A DNA stretch of 64,000 nucleotides from the NCBI GenBank assembly GCA_963924565.1, contig OZ004610.1, positions 248,001-312,000 on the forward strand, in the 5' to 3' direction. Positions within the stretch are counted from its first letter, which is position 1. Each line of letters opens with the position of its first letter. This stretch comes from Ascidiella aspersa. Lineage: Eukaryota. Under the pieces are notes generated by a model that worked only from the letters and a program-made list of their open reading frames with translations, searched no databases and was not told the DNA's origin. Below, piece after piece: positions 13,056 to 26,200 of this stretch. The position numbers were made by a program, and so were the translations under genes.

Positions 13056-14983
13056 CCACAAGTGCAACCACCAGTTGAAACCCAAGTTTCCCACAAAACC
13101 AAACTTGTCTGGCGCCTTTTCACGCTTGACTGGAGAAGTTTGTAGTTCGCGTTCAACAGTGCGTGACGAGGTGACAATCCTTGCTCACGTTAAACACAAA
13201 AGTATAACCCAGGTATTGTTAAACTTGGGTTCATAGACCCCTTGGTGCACGTGGTCTACTTTTAGGGGATCCATCAAGTCCTAATTCATATCTTTAAAAT
13301 ATACAATAAATATTTCAAGAAAAGATCATGTGAAAAAACAGGTTTTGCTACCTTCTTATGTATTATTAATTTCAGTTTCACATTTGCTTGACCGTAAACA
13401 GCAGGTTCTTAAAACTAATTATTTGGTGTCGTCAGTTAATAACGTCAATTCCATGCCGACCCTGGTCGACGTGGACCAAAAAATTTGGGGGTTAGGGTTA
13501 CAAAAAGTTTACGGACCCTGGTGTAATAAGACGAAGGCTTGCGCGGGAATAACCAGTTCCCTGCCGCAGAAGAGATTTTATTTCTTGTAATTGCATTACC
13601 TTGTTGTAATTGAGTGGTGTTTAAAGCATTTTCACGTTTCTAGTTTTGGTCCATAGCGAGACACTTTATATAAGCACTCTATGTGCGCAGCTATTCCAAA
13701 CTTACAAAGTGACAAAATAATAATTTGATTTAAAACCTTACAGTTTAATCGGAGTAGAAAATACAACAAAATTAATTATTTCCTTACAAGTAACTACGCA
13801 CTATAACGAACCCTAGAAGAAGCTCACTGTACAAAATAATCTCACAAAATATAAATTGACTGAGAACAAACCTTGCGAAACTGATTTCTAAATGTTTTTT
13901 ATAAGACGTTTAAAAAAAATTTTATGTAACAATTTTTCTAAAAAACTAGAATTTTTTTGCCTCGTGATGGGGAATTGATTTTCTTGTGGTATACTGAAAC
14001 TACATTCTTGTAATATACTGAAACTACATTTATTACGATTTACACGAAGTTACACGAGCTCTCGAGGGAAGAAGAGCACATGGCCACGAAACAAAATCAA
14101 TTATTTGTCTATTTTGACTATATAAACGCAGAAAACGCTCGAATCTAAATTATGTTTCCAGTGTGTCTCAGCCTATTTTCATAACATCGTTTTAACCCAA
14201 AGGCGTCTTGTGTCTCATCGCATTTTTTGAAATAAAGTTTTGGCAACTTCAACTATAAAAAGGCATTTTTACGCTACACACGAGTGTTTCAGGTCTTTTT
14301 CAATAGATTTCTTGAATAGTCACTCCAAATAAAGGAAACATTTAAAACTGCGACAGAAAAGTCAATTTTACAAAATACGACGAAATAGTTGCGGTCTGCT
14401 AATAAGGCGGTCTCTTGCAAAACCAAACCATAAAAAACCTGCTCCCTTATTTCATGGACATAAATCTCCACAAGTGCAACCACCAGTTGAAACCCAAGTT
14501 TCCCACAAAATCAAACTTGTCTGGCGCCTTTTCACGCTTGACTGGAGAAGTTTGTAGTTCGCGTTCAACAGTGCGTGACGAGGTGACAATCCTTGCATCA
14601 AACACGGAACAAAAATCTTGTAAGCGTCCAATGTGGTTGAAATATTTTAATACTTTTGTCAATATACGTAGTTTAAGCATTCAATGCGCGGCGTGGTTTC
14701 AAACTTGCAAAGTGACAAAATAACCATTGGTTGGAAAACCCTCCTGTTTAATCGGAGTAGAAAATACAACAAAAAATAACTATTTCCTAACAAGTAACTA
14801 CGCACTATAACGAACCCTAGAAGAAGCTCACTGTACAAAATAATCTCACAAAATATAAATTAACTGAGAACAAACCTTGCGAAACTGATTTCTAAATGTT
14901 TTTTATAAAGCGTTTAAAAATTAACAATTTTTCTAAAAAACTAGAATTTTTGTGCTTCGTGATGGGAATTGATTTTCTTGTGG
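13056..14983. repeat. Local direct duplication: 13056-13184 = 14468-14596 and ~13743-13989 = ~14746-14983; copy 1 is interrupted by a hAT-like insert
   Basis: Direct sequence comparison. The first block is 129 bp with one mismatch, and the second block is highly similar. Confidence 0.9.
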
Positions 14984-16804
14984 ATTTATGGCTATTTTTT
15001 TTTAAGTTCAATTTATTCAAAAAATATAGACCAGTCTTAGTCTTGTAGCATAGATTTTTTTTCGTAATAATATTGTGCCTGAAAATTGTTGTCTGGGTAG
15101 GTTTTGGTTGATATTATAGTCCTCTGTAAAGCACAACTCTGCTGGGATTTTCTAAAGCCTGAATGAACCTGAAACTTTTATCGATTTGGGAGGTGTGACT
15201 GCGCTCTACCGCAACATAGCGGATAATTACAAAAATAAATACATTTAGTGAGGTTTTGAGGAAATAGATTTAAGTGGCCGGTATAAGTGATGCAGTTTGA
15301 ATATAAATTCCTTAACATTGGTAAACATATTGCTCATTGAATGTTAGTTGGTCACCCAATAACTAAAACAGGACATTTACAAACATATGTAAAAAAATAC
15401 GTAGACACAAAAACTTACAGACGGATCTAACAATTAGACAGAAAGCATACAAACAAACATACAAACAACCTAGGCAGTCACAATGCAAATACTGCGTGCA
15501 AATCAGTGTTTGTGGTAAATATCGCACAACTATGTGAATTGGCTTAGTATGTTTCAACAACAAAATCTTGCCGCCCAACAGAATACATATAGTGAGATAT
15601 TGAAAGTTCTAAATTTGTTTAATAGCTTTAGAAACGCACCGCTTCCAACAAAAACGCCAGCAAATTTCGTAAAAGTTATAATTTTTTCCTTGCAGTTTTT
15701 GAGAGAATTGATGCCGTTTTGCATGGAGTGGTACTGGCCAGCGATAACGACACACAGAGGATAGTAGGCTCACACATAATGCCTTCGGGAAGGTTACCGA
15801 AATCAGTCAGCTTCGCCAGGAACTTGCAGTGACCAGGCAAAATTCACCGCATTAGAATCTCCCGGTTTGCAACTTTTCCAAATACTTTAAATATTTCTCG
15901 GTTTCCTTCGCTCGCGCGCTTTGCATTGTTGTGCAATCGATGGAAGGAAATGGCGGAACATCGAGCAATATTCAACACCAGGTTGGCAGCGCTTTCAATA
16001 ATGCACTTATTATTGCGAAACAATAAGCGTCGCGCGCTGAAGCACTCGGAAGCCAGAATACTTCCCATCAGCTCAGCTCATGCATTTCTTTCTATTTGCT
16101 CTGAGCCCAGCGATACCTGGGGGGCGGTTGCGGGAGTCTAAAGGAGGGTGGGGGGGTATTACCTAAATAGTGGCTTTCTTATGAACAATTTGCGGTTTGA
16201 ATTTCATATACATGGTATTGTGTAATCTAACAGATGATTATTTAGAGTTTTGTTTTCAATAGTTGTTTGCTCTGAGCTGCGATACCAGGTTGGGGCCGGT
16301 GAAGGTATACTGGCTGAGTTTAAGTCCCAGTCAAGCCATAACTCGAGCAAGTCAATTTCAAGTCCTAGTAAAAAATAAAACGTTAACCTATTGGAATTGG
16401 TAAAACCGTCCGATTATTACAAGCAACAAATAAACTGAAAATATAAAAACGTAACATATGCAAGCAAATAATTTATGTGCAAAAAATCGGTCAACACAGC
16501 TCAAATTCTTGTAGCAAATTTGTAGCAAAGGGGCATCCATATTGTAGTAAATATCATGCAATTCCTAAACAAGACGGCCCTATTTTAAACTTTATTTACT
16601 TTACGCAATAACATTATCACGCCAAGGACTGCAACGAATGGTTGCTATACAGGCTTAACTCAGGGGGAGCACTGGTTACCCACTCCTTCAGTTTAGCGAA
16701 CGTGCCCTGGCTAGCAGAGCTTACTTCCAAAGTGTGCAAGTCGCGAGCCTCAGACATTTAGGGAAGTTGCAGCTAAATAAAACCGGGACAATTACAAGTT
16801 GAAG

Positions 16805-19800
16805 ATGTCGCCTGATCCCTATCTTAACGCGAGCCTGGATTATGAGCTTGTAGATGACATGCTGGAACAGATGCGGGAATTGTGTGAACAGGAGGGTGGA
16901 GGGAGTGATCGGCTTGTGGAGTCGATAGCCCTGTACGTGCTGGTGGCTGCTGGTTTGGTCGGGAATGCACTGGTTGTGTTTGTAGTAGCGATGCTGCATG
17001 ATTATACAAGGAGCAGGCCTGGATGGTGAGTAAATGTTGTTTGTTGGTAAGAACTATTTCTAAGGGTTCTGTTTTATTTTGACTTGATTTTAAAATGTTG
17101 CTCACTTTGACTCGGTTGATAAATGCGAGATGTTCGCTAATAATTTGACTTATGTCGATTTAATATTTTTTTATTTTTTCACTTAGCTCTTTATGGCCAT
17201 AATCGACTTGGAATATATTCATTGCCAATCTTACTTATGAAAGAAATTCTATTTGATTTCTATATTAACCATTAAGCAAAATCAGCACGTGCTTAGGGCA
17301 CTAAGGGAAGGGGGCACCACAGAAATTTCCAAGCCCAATATTCAACGGTGTCTAAGTGTTTCATGAAATAATTAGAGTTGGTCAGACGGCTCAGACCTCA
17401 ATAGTGGCCCGGCTGAAATAAATGTTTGCCTATTTTTCCTTCTCAAGTATAATCTTAAACCTGTCTATATTTTCGATGGATAATATCTTGTGTGGTTTAT
17501 TGTGTTTATGTTTTCAATGGCACATATAGGGCAAAAGTCTTAAATGCCTGGGGCCTCCAAAGGTATGATCGGGCCTTGACTGTAACCACTGACGGTCTTG
17601 CCTATCACATGTACCGTTGTTGTTGAATTTCTATGGCGAGACTGAGAAAAAAATTAAACAACACTCTTTTAAGGGCCTAAATGTACGTGCAAATTCCTCC
17701 AACGCTCATTTAAAATATAGTCTGCTCAATAACTGCAGCAGATAATTTTAGTTTTACAAACTGGGATGAAATAGTTGCGTTTTGTAAGTTCGTAGCGGTC
17801 AGCAGCTTTAATCAACGTGTGATGTTGTGTATAATATTCATCTTTGTATCTTGTTGGGCTTAACATATTGCGTCGCGCAGCGCTAGATCACCTTTCCACA
17901 AACAACCTGCTTTTTAAACGATGAATTTTCTCGTTTAGGGTCTACAATAATGTTTTAATAACCAGAGCCCGCTTTCACTGTGCCGTGAGGTTTTGAGAAG
18001 CCTACAAGAAGAAAAAAAATAGTGCGCATTTCAGTCTTGCAAGACTGCATTCCTATACATGAGTTTATTTAAAAACAAAATTCTCAGCACACATTTATGG
18101 ACGTCCGATAACATTGTATCGAAGCCGATATCCGATACTGAGTGGTAGTATTGGTAGAGATCCGATACTAGGGTGGTGTCTATTTAATAAGTAAATCTTA
18201 TTTGATTTGCAAAAAATAAGTCTATTCGTTCAGCTTTAACATTTTTACTCAAAATACTATAAAAGTACTTGTCTCCCCCCCAAAAAAAATTGATGTTTTC
18301 CTAAGTAAATACAAAAATTTGTGGCTCTCCGCGCGAATCTAATTATTTCTCTAGGATTTCTAAGCCTAAATTTGTTAAAACTCGTCTCAGTGCAGCCTCG
18401 AAAATAAAGAGTTTTTTTTTTGGCGCGAATCGATAACTTCTTTGCAATATTGCTTTTGTATAAAAGTAATATTTATTAAACATAAAATCTTTAACAAAGC
18501 AATCAATCTGGGTGACGTTCTTAAGGTTACTTCCTTATGACATCACGCCTCTAAGAAACTTTGTAACGTCACGTCTGAAAAGTTTTTATGCCCCAGAAGG
18601 AAATTCCTGGATCCGCGCCGGATCAAACTTTGTGTGCGTGGTATCCGCTTATTTTCAAGTTACTTCCCCGAATATTTCAAGCCAGTGAAAACAACCCGAG
18701 CCCGACTCCGGCTCTACAGCCTGTATTCCGCCCTTTTAAGTACAAAACTACAATAAGAAGTAACTACAATAAGATAAATATTTAGATCCACTCATAGAGG
18801 TGGAATACAATGCATCAACACCATTTTGCAATTTCATCAGAAATTTGATACTGCGCATGCGCACGTCGGGCTTCCCAAGTAGTTACTTAAACTTGACTCC
18901 GCAGTTTTACTTTCAGCTTCCCTTGAATAAACTTTTATCTTTCCAGGATGTTAATTCAGATGCTGGTCGCCAACATCCTGTTCATTGTCTGCGTCATAAT
19001 CAGGCTTGTCGCCGACTCATCCGACAAATGGACGGCAGGCGTGACGTCATGCAAGATCCACACATTCCTTACTACGTCATCGCTTAGCAACGCCGTCGTC
19101 CTGCTTATGGTATGACATCACTGAAATGTTTTGCGACATTTAATTATTTAACTGCACTTCCAAGGCACAAACAATTCAAGCATTAAACTTAGTATGTGTT
19201 TTTAACAGAACCTTGCAATCCAACAGAACACAAAAAGTTTTAAAAGCTTGAGAAGCGAACCGCTTCGGACAACAACCAGTCAGCAAATAACTTTTAATAT
19301 AAATATGGGAAACACTGCCCTAACCCTAAGTTCGGTCCAACCCAGTTCACGCAAACCTTTCAGTTACAAAAAAAGTTTACAAACCTTGTTCTATAGATAT
19401 ATTATGCGCAATTTAATATATAAACTGTTGCTACCAGGAATAATAATAATAATCAAAACCAGCTCCTTTGGTAATTGAAGTTGTTAAACAATGTTTCGGC
19501 GACTTTTCAAATCGCCTTCGTCAGGGTGGAACATATTATATAATGATGTTTGGCGAAACGATTACAATATTCAGAAAAGGGCGCATCTTTATTAGATCCA
19601 AAACCATTTGCAAGAGGTTTCTAATTTAATATTATTATTATTACTTTGCTGTGTATTTTACTTTCCTTATAGGAACTGACGATGACAGTACAGGCGAAAT
19701 ATATATTCCTTTAAAATATGTCTGATCCCGTTTTTACTCGGGTTTTGAAACTTTGAATTTTACTATTTAACGTTTACAATTACAAGAGGAACTTTTTTTT

Positions 19801-22800
19801 GATTAATATCAAGTGCTTGGAATCCCTGTATGTTTATATTGTTTTGCATCGTCAGGTGACGAACATTGAGCGAGCAGTGACGTACATCGGTCCCAGCTTC
19901 CCCCAACGAATCGCGTCCCTTTGTTCGAGGAGGGGGGTCGGTATGCTCACGTGCGCCATCATATGGATGTTCTGCCTGGGCAGCAGCGCCCCCCAGTGGC
20001 AATACGCGGGCCTCGGTATTTGTGAGAGATGCTCCATGATCCACCCGCTCAATGAATGGGAGATATGCGAATTTGTGAGTGCTGGCAAGTGGTCGCTTAT
20101 TCCCAAGGTCGAGAGTTCGAATCCCGATCGGATTGGTTGTACCTTAAGTGATTCTCGCTTGGTTTAAGGGCGTGAGTTTTATTCAAATTAAAGGTGCCCG
20201 GATATTATCGTATTGGAACAGACATCTTCTCATAGTATAAGTTCCGAGTGCATTAGACCAACCTAACTTTGTCATTTTAACTTTGGTATAACCATTGACA
20301 AGGGTTGCCCGATACATTCCCTGCGACTTTTCCTGCCATAAATGCCTAATTGCCGTGTCGGCATGTTGAGGAAGCAGTTTAATCTTTTTGTTCAAAAGTT
20401 GCTTACTTATCCTTATGCGTGGCAAGCAAAACTTACTTACATATACCAAGAAATATCGGTGGGTTCAACTTTGGTCTAATTTTTTTTAGTTAAAGTTGAA
20501 GACAACAGAGTTTGTATTTCTTAGACTTTTTGGTGTACTGTCAGTGGTGGATAAAAACTAATGTCTGCTCGCTTTAGGGGTGTTTTTCTTTAAACCAGGA
20601 AAAAATTTTGATGAAATTTTGTAACACAATTTATTAAAGCTTTCTACAGTTTGTGTACAATAGTTACTTATTATCTTCCTATGACGAAAACTAAGTTAAT
20701 AAAGTTCGACAATTATTTTCTATCAGGCCCGAGATGATAAATCCTTTCTGTCCTTTATGAAAAAAGTTTGGCGAACCCTGCTTTAAATGATAATAAATTT
20801 TATCTTACAGAAGTGTTTAATTTATCGGTTCCTAGGGTGAGGTGCGCTAACCAATTGGGCTCGTTAAAAGTTTTTAGCCTTCAACTCAATCCAAATTGAA
20901 AAAATGGAAATAGTGAAACAAGTGAACGCTTCCCAATGAAAAATCGCTTAAGTTACTGTAAAGCTGGTTTCTGGCTAAAGTGTTTCATTTTTCAAGTGTT
21001 TTTGTCTTTTTACACATTCATTGCCATATTTTTACAAAACTTTTCAAATTTATTTAATATTTTCAGCTAAAGTTGAACGCTACGGAATGCAAAGAGTACG
21101 TCAGTTTCCAGGAGTTCGTAACCGTGCATTCGCTCGACCCTGGTGAATTTGAAGACGACATGGACCACGCATGGAGAGACTACATGGACTACTACCCGCT
21201 GCATGAATACGGGGACGACCAGCGAATTGTGTCAGCTCAAGTCATGTACGAGTTTGAGGAACACATGAAGAAGTTGTTCGCTGAATATCCGCTCAATGAA
21301 ACTAAACTCTACTATCCTTGCAAGTAAGTGGTGGTTTCACTAGGCCAGGAAATGTGCCACAAATTGTTCAAAATAAAGGTCAAATAAATAGAAAAAGATT
21401 TAGAGTGAAATTTCTCAAAGTTCTGATAAAGTTGAAGATGGAGAGTTAATAAGAACCAAACGAAAGTTCAAAACCAATCTTGTTTTCCGACAGATTTAAG
21501 CAGCCTTACTAGAGATGTGTAGCTTTTACAGGAAAACAGGAAAAATAATTTGCTTGTATTAGGATTAACATAAAAGTAAGTAGGGACGGTAAAAACTGCA
21601 GTAAGAATATCAAAGCCCATACAGAAGTAAAGGCATTTTAATGGTTTAGAATATTTCTTTTTAACATAGACTATGTTGCAAAAGAATAAAGAGTTGATTG
21701 TTACTAACAAACTTTCAATTGTTGCTAACAATGGGTCGATTGTTGCTAATAATGGGTCGATTGTTGCAGACACGACCAGCCGCAGCATTTCTTCAGGTTG
21801 CTTTACACGAGGTTCGTGGTATTCTTCGTCTTTCCAGTTGTTTCGATGCTCATTTCAGCTTCAGCGATGCACAAACACAAGAAAATGGTTTCCACATCAC
21901 CGGTGAGTACATTTACCAAACTACATCCCCTGATACTTCTGTATGTACCGGTGGTGGCCAGTCGGCAGAACAACAAGTGTATTTGCAGCTCTTTATAATA
22001 ATGCTTTTCAAACCGGAGTCCGTAAGAAAGGAGCCTCGTAAATTCTTTTAAGTCATAAGTTCATAATGTAACTTGATAACGAATGTCAAAACCAAATAAG
22101 GTCGCAGATCGATATGATATTCAACCTTTGCAACTCACAGTTTTCGGCGTAATCTTAGGAAATTTGTACTGCGCATTCGCACGGGACACAAATCTCGAGT
22201 ACCCGAGCCCTAATACTTTTACCTTGATATTCTATAACATAGTGGTTCAAAAATATTCCAGCATATGCTCTTCCAGCTTTAGAATTTAATTTCGGTCGGT
22301 TTCAACAGTTTCCCAATTTGCTACTGCGCATGCGCGCGCCGGACTAGGGACTCGTGTAATCCAGGATAACCTTAACCCGAGTCCGGCTACGAATCTGTAC
22401 CTATTGCAAAGTCAATTACATATTGTATAACATAAGGTTTATCAAGATGCACACAGATACTCATAAAAGCGCCATCGCGTGGTTTCAATATTCTCTTTAT
22501 TCGACCACCAGGGGGCGGACGCGTGCGGCCAGTGGATGCTGACGGTGCTTTCCCTAAACTGCTTGTTCCTGGTGTGTTGGCTCCCGTCCCACGTCATCAG
22601 TTTGGGTCGAGTTGGGGGGTTAGGGGGGTCGGAACAAACCTGCTCGGCGCTCAACAGCTTCGCGCACTTCATGGTGGTCGCTTACCACGCAATCTTTCCA
22701 TTCGTGTACATGTGAGTATCACCTTGAATTTATTTGTCCGTTTGTATGTACTCTGTGCTCTGTCTGTAGTTGTAAAAAGGGGGTATCTTTATGCAATACG

Positions 22801-23268
22801 AAGCATTTGGAAGCAGGTTTCTACTAGTCGATCACTGATCATTAGACGAGTATATTAACAATAAAACTTGAAGTTAAAAAACAAAGTAAAACAGGAATCA
22901 TGTATGCGAAATGTGACAACCCTTTTTTAACAGTGGATAACGTTGGCGCACCGATTCCGGGTATTCATTATATTAAGCGATCATTTTACTATAGGTCATC
23001 TCTACCGCTACTTAACTGTAAAGTTCACTTACCTTTTGGTAATCTATTATATGAAATCAAAAATTTTGAAAATTTTTTGGAATCAAATTTTCGTATTTTC
23101 AGGTTGATGACGCGCAACTTTCGGATCCAGTTCCTAACTTCGGTAGCTTCGATCTCTTATTGCGTTCCTCATCGAACAAAAAGCGACTCACTCCCGCTCA
23201 GGAGCAGAAGGTGTTCCTGTCAAACCGTGGACATCGTGGAAGTTGTTACCGAAGCTGAGAGCGCTTGA
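16805..23268 (+). CDS. Rhodopsin-family (class A) GPCR, 452 aa, peptide/chemoattractant-receptor-like with a large ECL2. Exons 16805-17025, 18947-19109, 19856-20074, 21067-21323, 21770-21902, 22512-22711, 23103-23268
   Basis: Seven in-phase GT-AG exons. TM1 GLVGNALVVFVV; ECL1/TM3 WTAGVTSCK; TM3 end IERA; TM4 AIIWMF..SAP; TM5 FFVFP; TM6 FLVCWLP; TM7 IFPFVY; helix 8 MTRNFR. Confidence 0.92.
19485..19531 (-). ncRNA. Hammerhead-like motif (Penelope type), degenerate stem I
   Basis: The - strand reads CUGACGA-a-GGCGAUUU..AAGUCGCC-GAAACAUUGUU with a strong stem II, next to a (TAA)n tract. Confidence 0.45.
19671..19710 (+). ncRNA. Minimal type I hammerhead ribozyme-like motif (Penelope type) in GPCR intron 2, sense strand
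   Basis: AGGAA-CUGACGA-u-gac..ggc-GAAA-UAUA-UA-UUCCU. The core boxes are intact, stem I (AGGAA/UUCCU) is perfect, stem III is palindromic and stem II is weak. Confidence 0.5.
20081..20130 (+). mobile_element. tRNA-derived SINE head fragment
   Basis: A-box-like TGGCAAGTGGT and B-box GAGTTCGAATCCC at tRNA-like spacing, with no complete cloverleaf. Similar heads lie near 29590-29645 (+), 31245-31290 (-) and 57650-57675 (+). Confidence 0.45.
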
Positions 23269-26200
23269 AGCTGGTTGTGACGTCATAAGGACCATTGTGT
23301 TGCAATGTTGCTTGGCGGTTGTGGGTTGAGGTTTGGTAAATGGAGGATGTAGAGGGATTTTAGCCGGCCAAAAAAGTTTTTTGTTGGGCCTTATAACGTT
23401 TACGCTGCATATTGGTAAGATTTGCAAAAAGTCCAAACCCCCGATTCTAAACTAACGTCTCTTTCAAGAGTTGTGCCGGAAATCCAGCCCCTGTATATCT
23501 TACAAATCCTATTTATTAAACATATAAATATTTTGCTGAATTATCGCCACAAAACAAGCCAGAATACTCAAACCGCAACATTGATTGATCGAGGGTTTTA
23601 GTAATCGCGTGTTATGACGTCACTTGGTTGTTTTCAAACCAGGGACTCGAACCGCTTGACTTTTTCGGTTCGGGTCCAAGGATTTTTTCGGAATCCGGTT
23701 TAGTTCCGGTTTCGAGCAATTAAAATTTTCCGGTTCAGCTCCGGTTCGACCATCGCTATTTTAAAACCGGTTCATTAATTTCAGGTTCAGATATGATATA
23801 ATTTGCGTAAAACCTAAAAATGTGGGTCAATAAATATATAGTGAATAATCTTTGAATTGTAAGTCATTTAATCTAAGTTACGTGACTTATTAAAAAAACA
23901 GCAACTGATTATTAAATATCTGAAGACGAACGTGGCTTACCTATTCCCTCTCCCTGCAGTTTCAGGCATTATTTCGGCCATTAGGACCTTCTTCCGGGGA
24001 ATTTAGAACTTATTTAGGCGGGTTTATGTCGTATTGAGACAATTAAAATCTTATTATGTTGTGGATACGTATTTGGCTTTATTATGTCGTTGGTCTTAAT
24101 ACTATGGTTTTATAGATTATTCTGCTTTAAATATTGTTGATTTGTAAGTCTTATAGTGTGTTTCTCTTCTGAACGACGATGCCAACATTCGATTCTTTTG
24201 TCAATTGTTTTTAAATCGCACAAGTTCAACCAAAACAAACCGAAAGAGTTACATTCTGTCTTGTTTGTTTATAAATAACCCACCTTAGTCATGAAGCAAT
24301 GAATGCGACATGGCAGTTGCTCGGGAAGCTTAAAATGTCGGGAAATTGCTTTTAACATTATACAGGGGTCATCAATCTACGACCCTACGTATGTTTGCTA
24401 CATATCACAGCCTACTGATTACTGACGTTTCCATAAGCTATACAAAAATCTTATCATATAGCAAAATATTTGCCCGGTTACAATATCATTGCCCCGATGA
24501 AGATTTCTTGTATAGGTTTCAAAACGTCTCTACATTTAAAATATAATGTCGGATAAACCATTTTACAGTTGGTTTTCTAATAAAGATAAAGTTGAAATAT
24601 TGCCGGGTGCAATTAAAACCGAATTTTGAAAATAAAGTGGCAGACAATCTCATAAATATAACTACAGTTTTGGTGCAACGTTTATGCGAAATTTACTTGT
24701 GAGGAGTTTACCGATTCAGTGGTCAGAATAATACAAATAAAAGACTTTCAGGTCTATTTCTTTCTGTTTAAAACTAGGGTGGAAGTGGAATAGTTGTCTT
24801 ACCGAAATGCATTTTTTTAGAGATGACGTCACAACAATGTACGTCATAAGGGGCGTTTTACACAAGTAACCTGAGGTCATAGTTCGATGCGGTCAACAAA
24901 TACGCAACCTAATTGTTCGTTGAAATACATTAAATGAGATGGCGGAATGTTTTGGTGAAAAGGGACATTGTTTCACCTGAACGTCTTTCTTCCACTGGTT
25001 TGAAGAAAAGCTTCAATCGCACAAACATCAGTAAACATACATTTTAAAACCTTGCAACGTTTATTTCGAAAGTCGACCAGAAGATAAAGAGTTTAAATTA
25101 AAAAATAATTCCCACTTTATTAGATGCTCACATCGTCTAGAAAAATATAGTAACATCGGAACATGTTGGTTAAAAGTTGTTCAAAATTACGCGGAGCTTA
25201 ATGGTAATTTGACAGCCAAACGTTACTCCACCTTGATTTGAAGTGTAATACAAAAGGCAATAAATGAAGATAAGTGAGTTATTTCGACAAAGTTGGTGAA
25301 AAGCTTGAAGCAATAACAGCGAATTAAATGTTACAACAGATTAGCGAGGCTGCGCGTGGAAGTGAATGAGCGTTGCAAGAAATATATTCAACCTACAATG
25401 GTCGGAGTCAACCAACATTTAAATGGTGGCCTTATATTTTTCGTGCGTATGTGCATATCTTTGTTAATAAGAGTTTTTGAAAAGTGTATTTAAATCTTGA
25501 CAATTTCATTTGAATGGTGACCTTATTTTTGTATAAAAGTTTGCGTGCGTATGGGACGTGGCAACATAGAAATCAACAAAGTAACGAAGAATTCGTTCGA
25601 TATACTCTACGTTCGCGTTTTGACACAATTTAAACGAATACACTTATTATGTGCTGATAGTTAATTGATTCTTATTACTCCGCCAAATGGACGCATAACT
25701 TTCGAGGTAATTCTCACAAACTCAAACTCCTGTCAAGCCTGATGAGGTCCAGGAAGTTTGAGAAATGTTACTTGGCACTTCTTATTAAAACCAATCACTA
25801 GATGGCGGACGGATTGCAACTGGCCTCGTAGTTTAATAATGAAGATTTGACGCACACTGAGCTAAGTGGTGGTTGTTCGTGTCACATAAAACAATGTGCC
25901 AGACAGTGTAGAAAAATTGTGATTTTCGGCATTCAGCTATTTAAAAGAAACAATAAAAAAATTGTTTAATAGGTCGAAGGCGAGATTTGCATAAATATTT
26001 CTGGGTATGAGATAATATGGAAAAAAAGAAATAAAACCTTAATATTCGCCTTTATAATCTGCGCTATTAGTTCAATATGCGACTTAAATATTTCCACAAA
26101 AACACCAACAAAATAAATAAAAAATCTTTGTGTAGAAACAATCTAACGTAGACCAACTCACAGACAGTGGGAAGAACGTTTCATAATCTTGTTCTTTAGA

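Noticed and set aside
15770-16145. GC-richer segment with ORF MAEHRAIFNTRLAALSIMHLLLRNNKRR, possibly a transposase N-terminal relic
   Set aside because: No catalytic motifs, TIRs or compatible exons could be identified.
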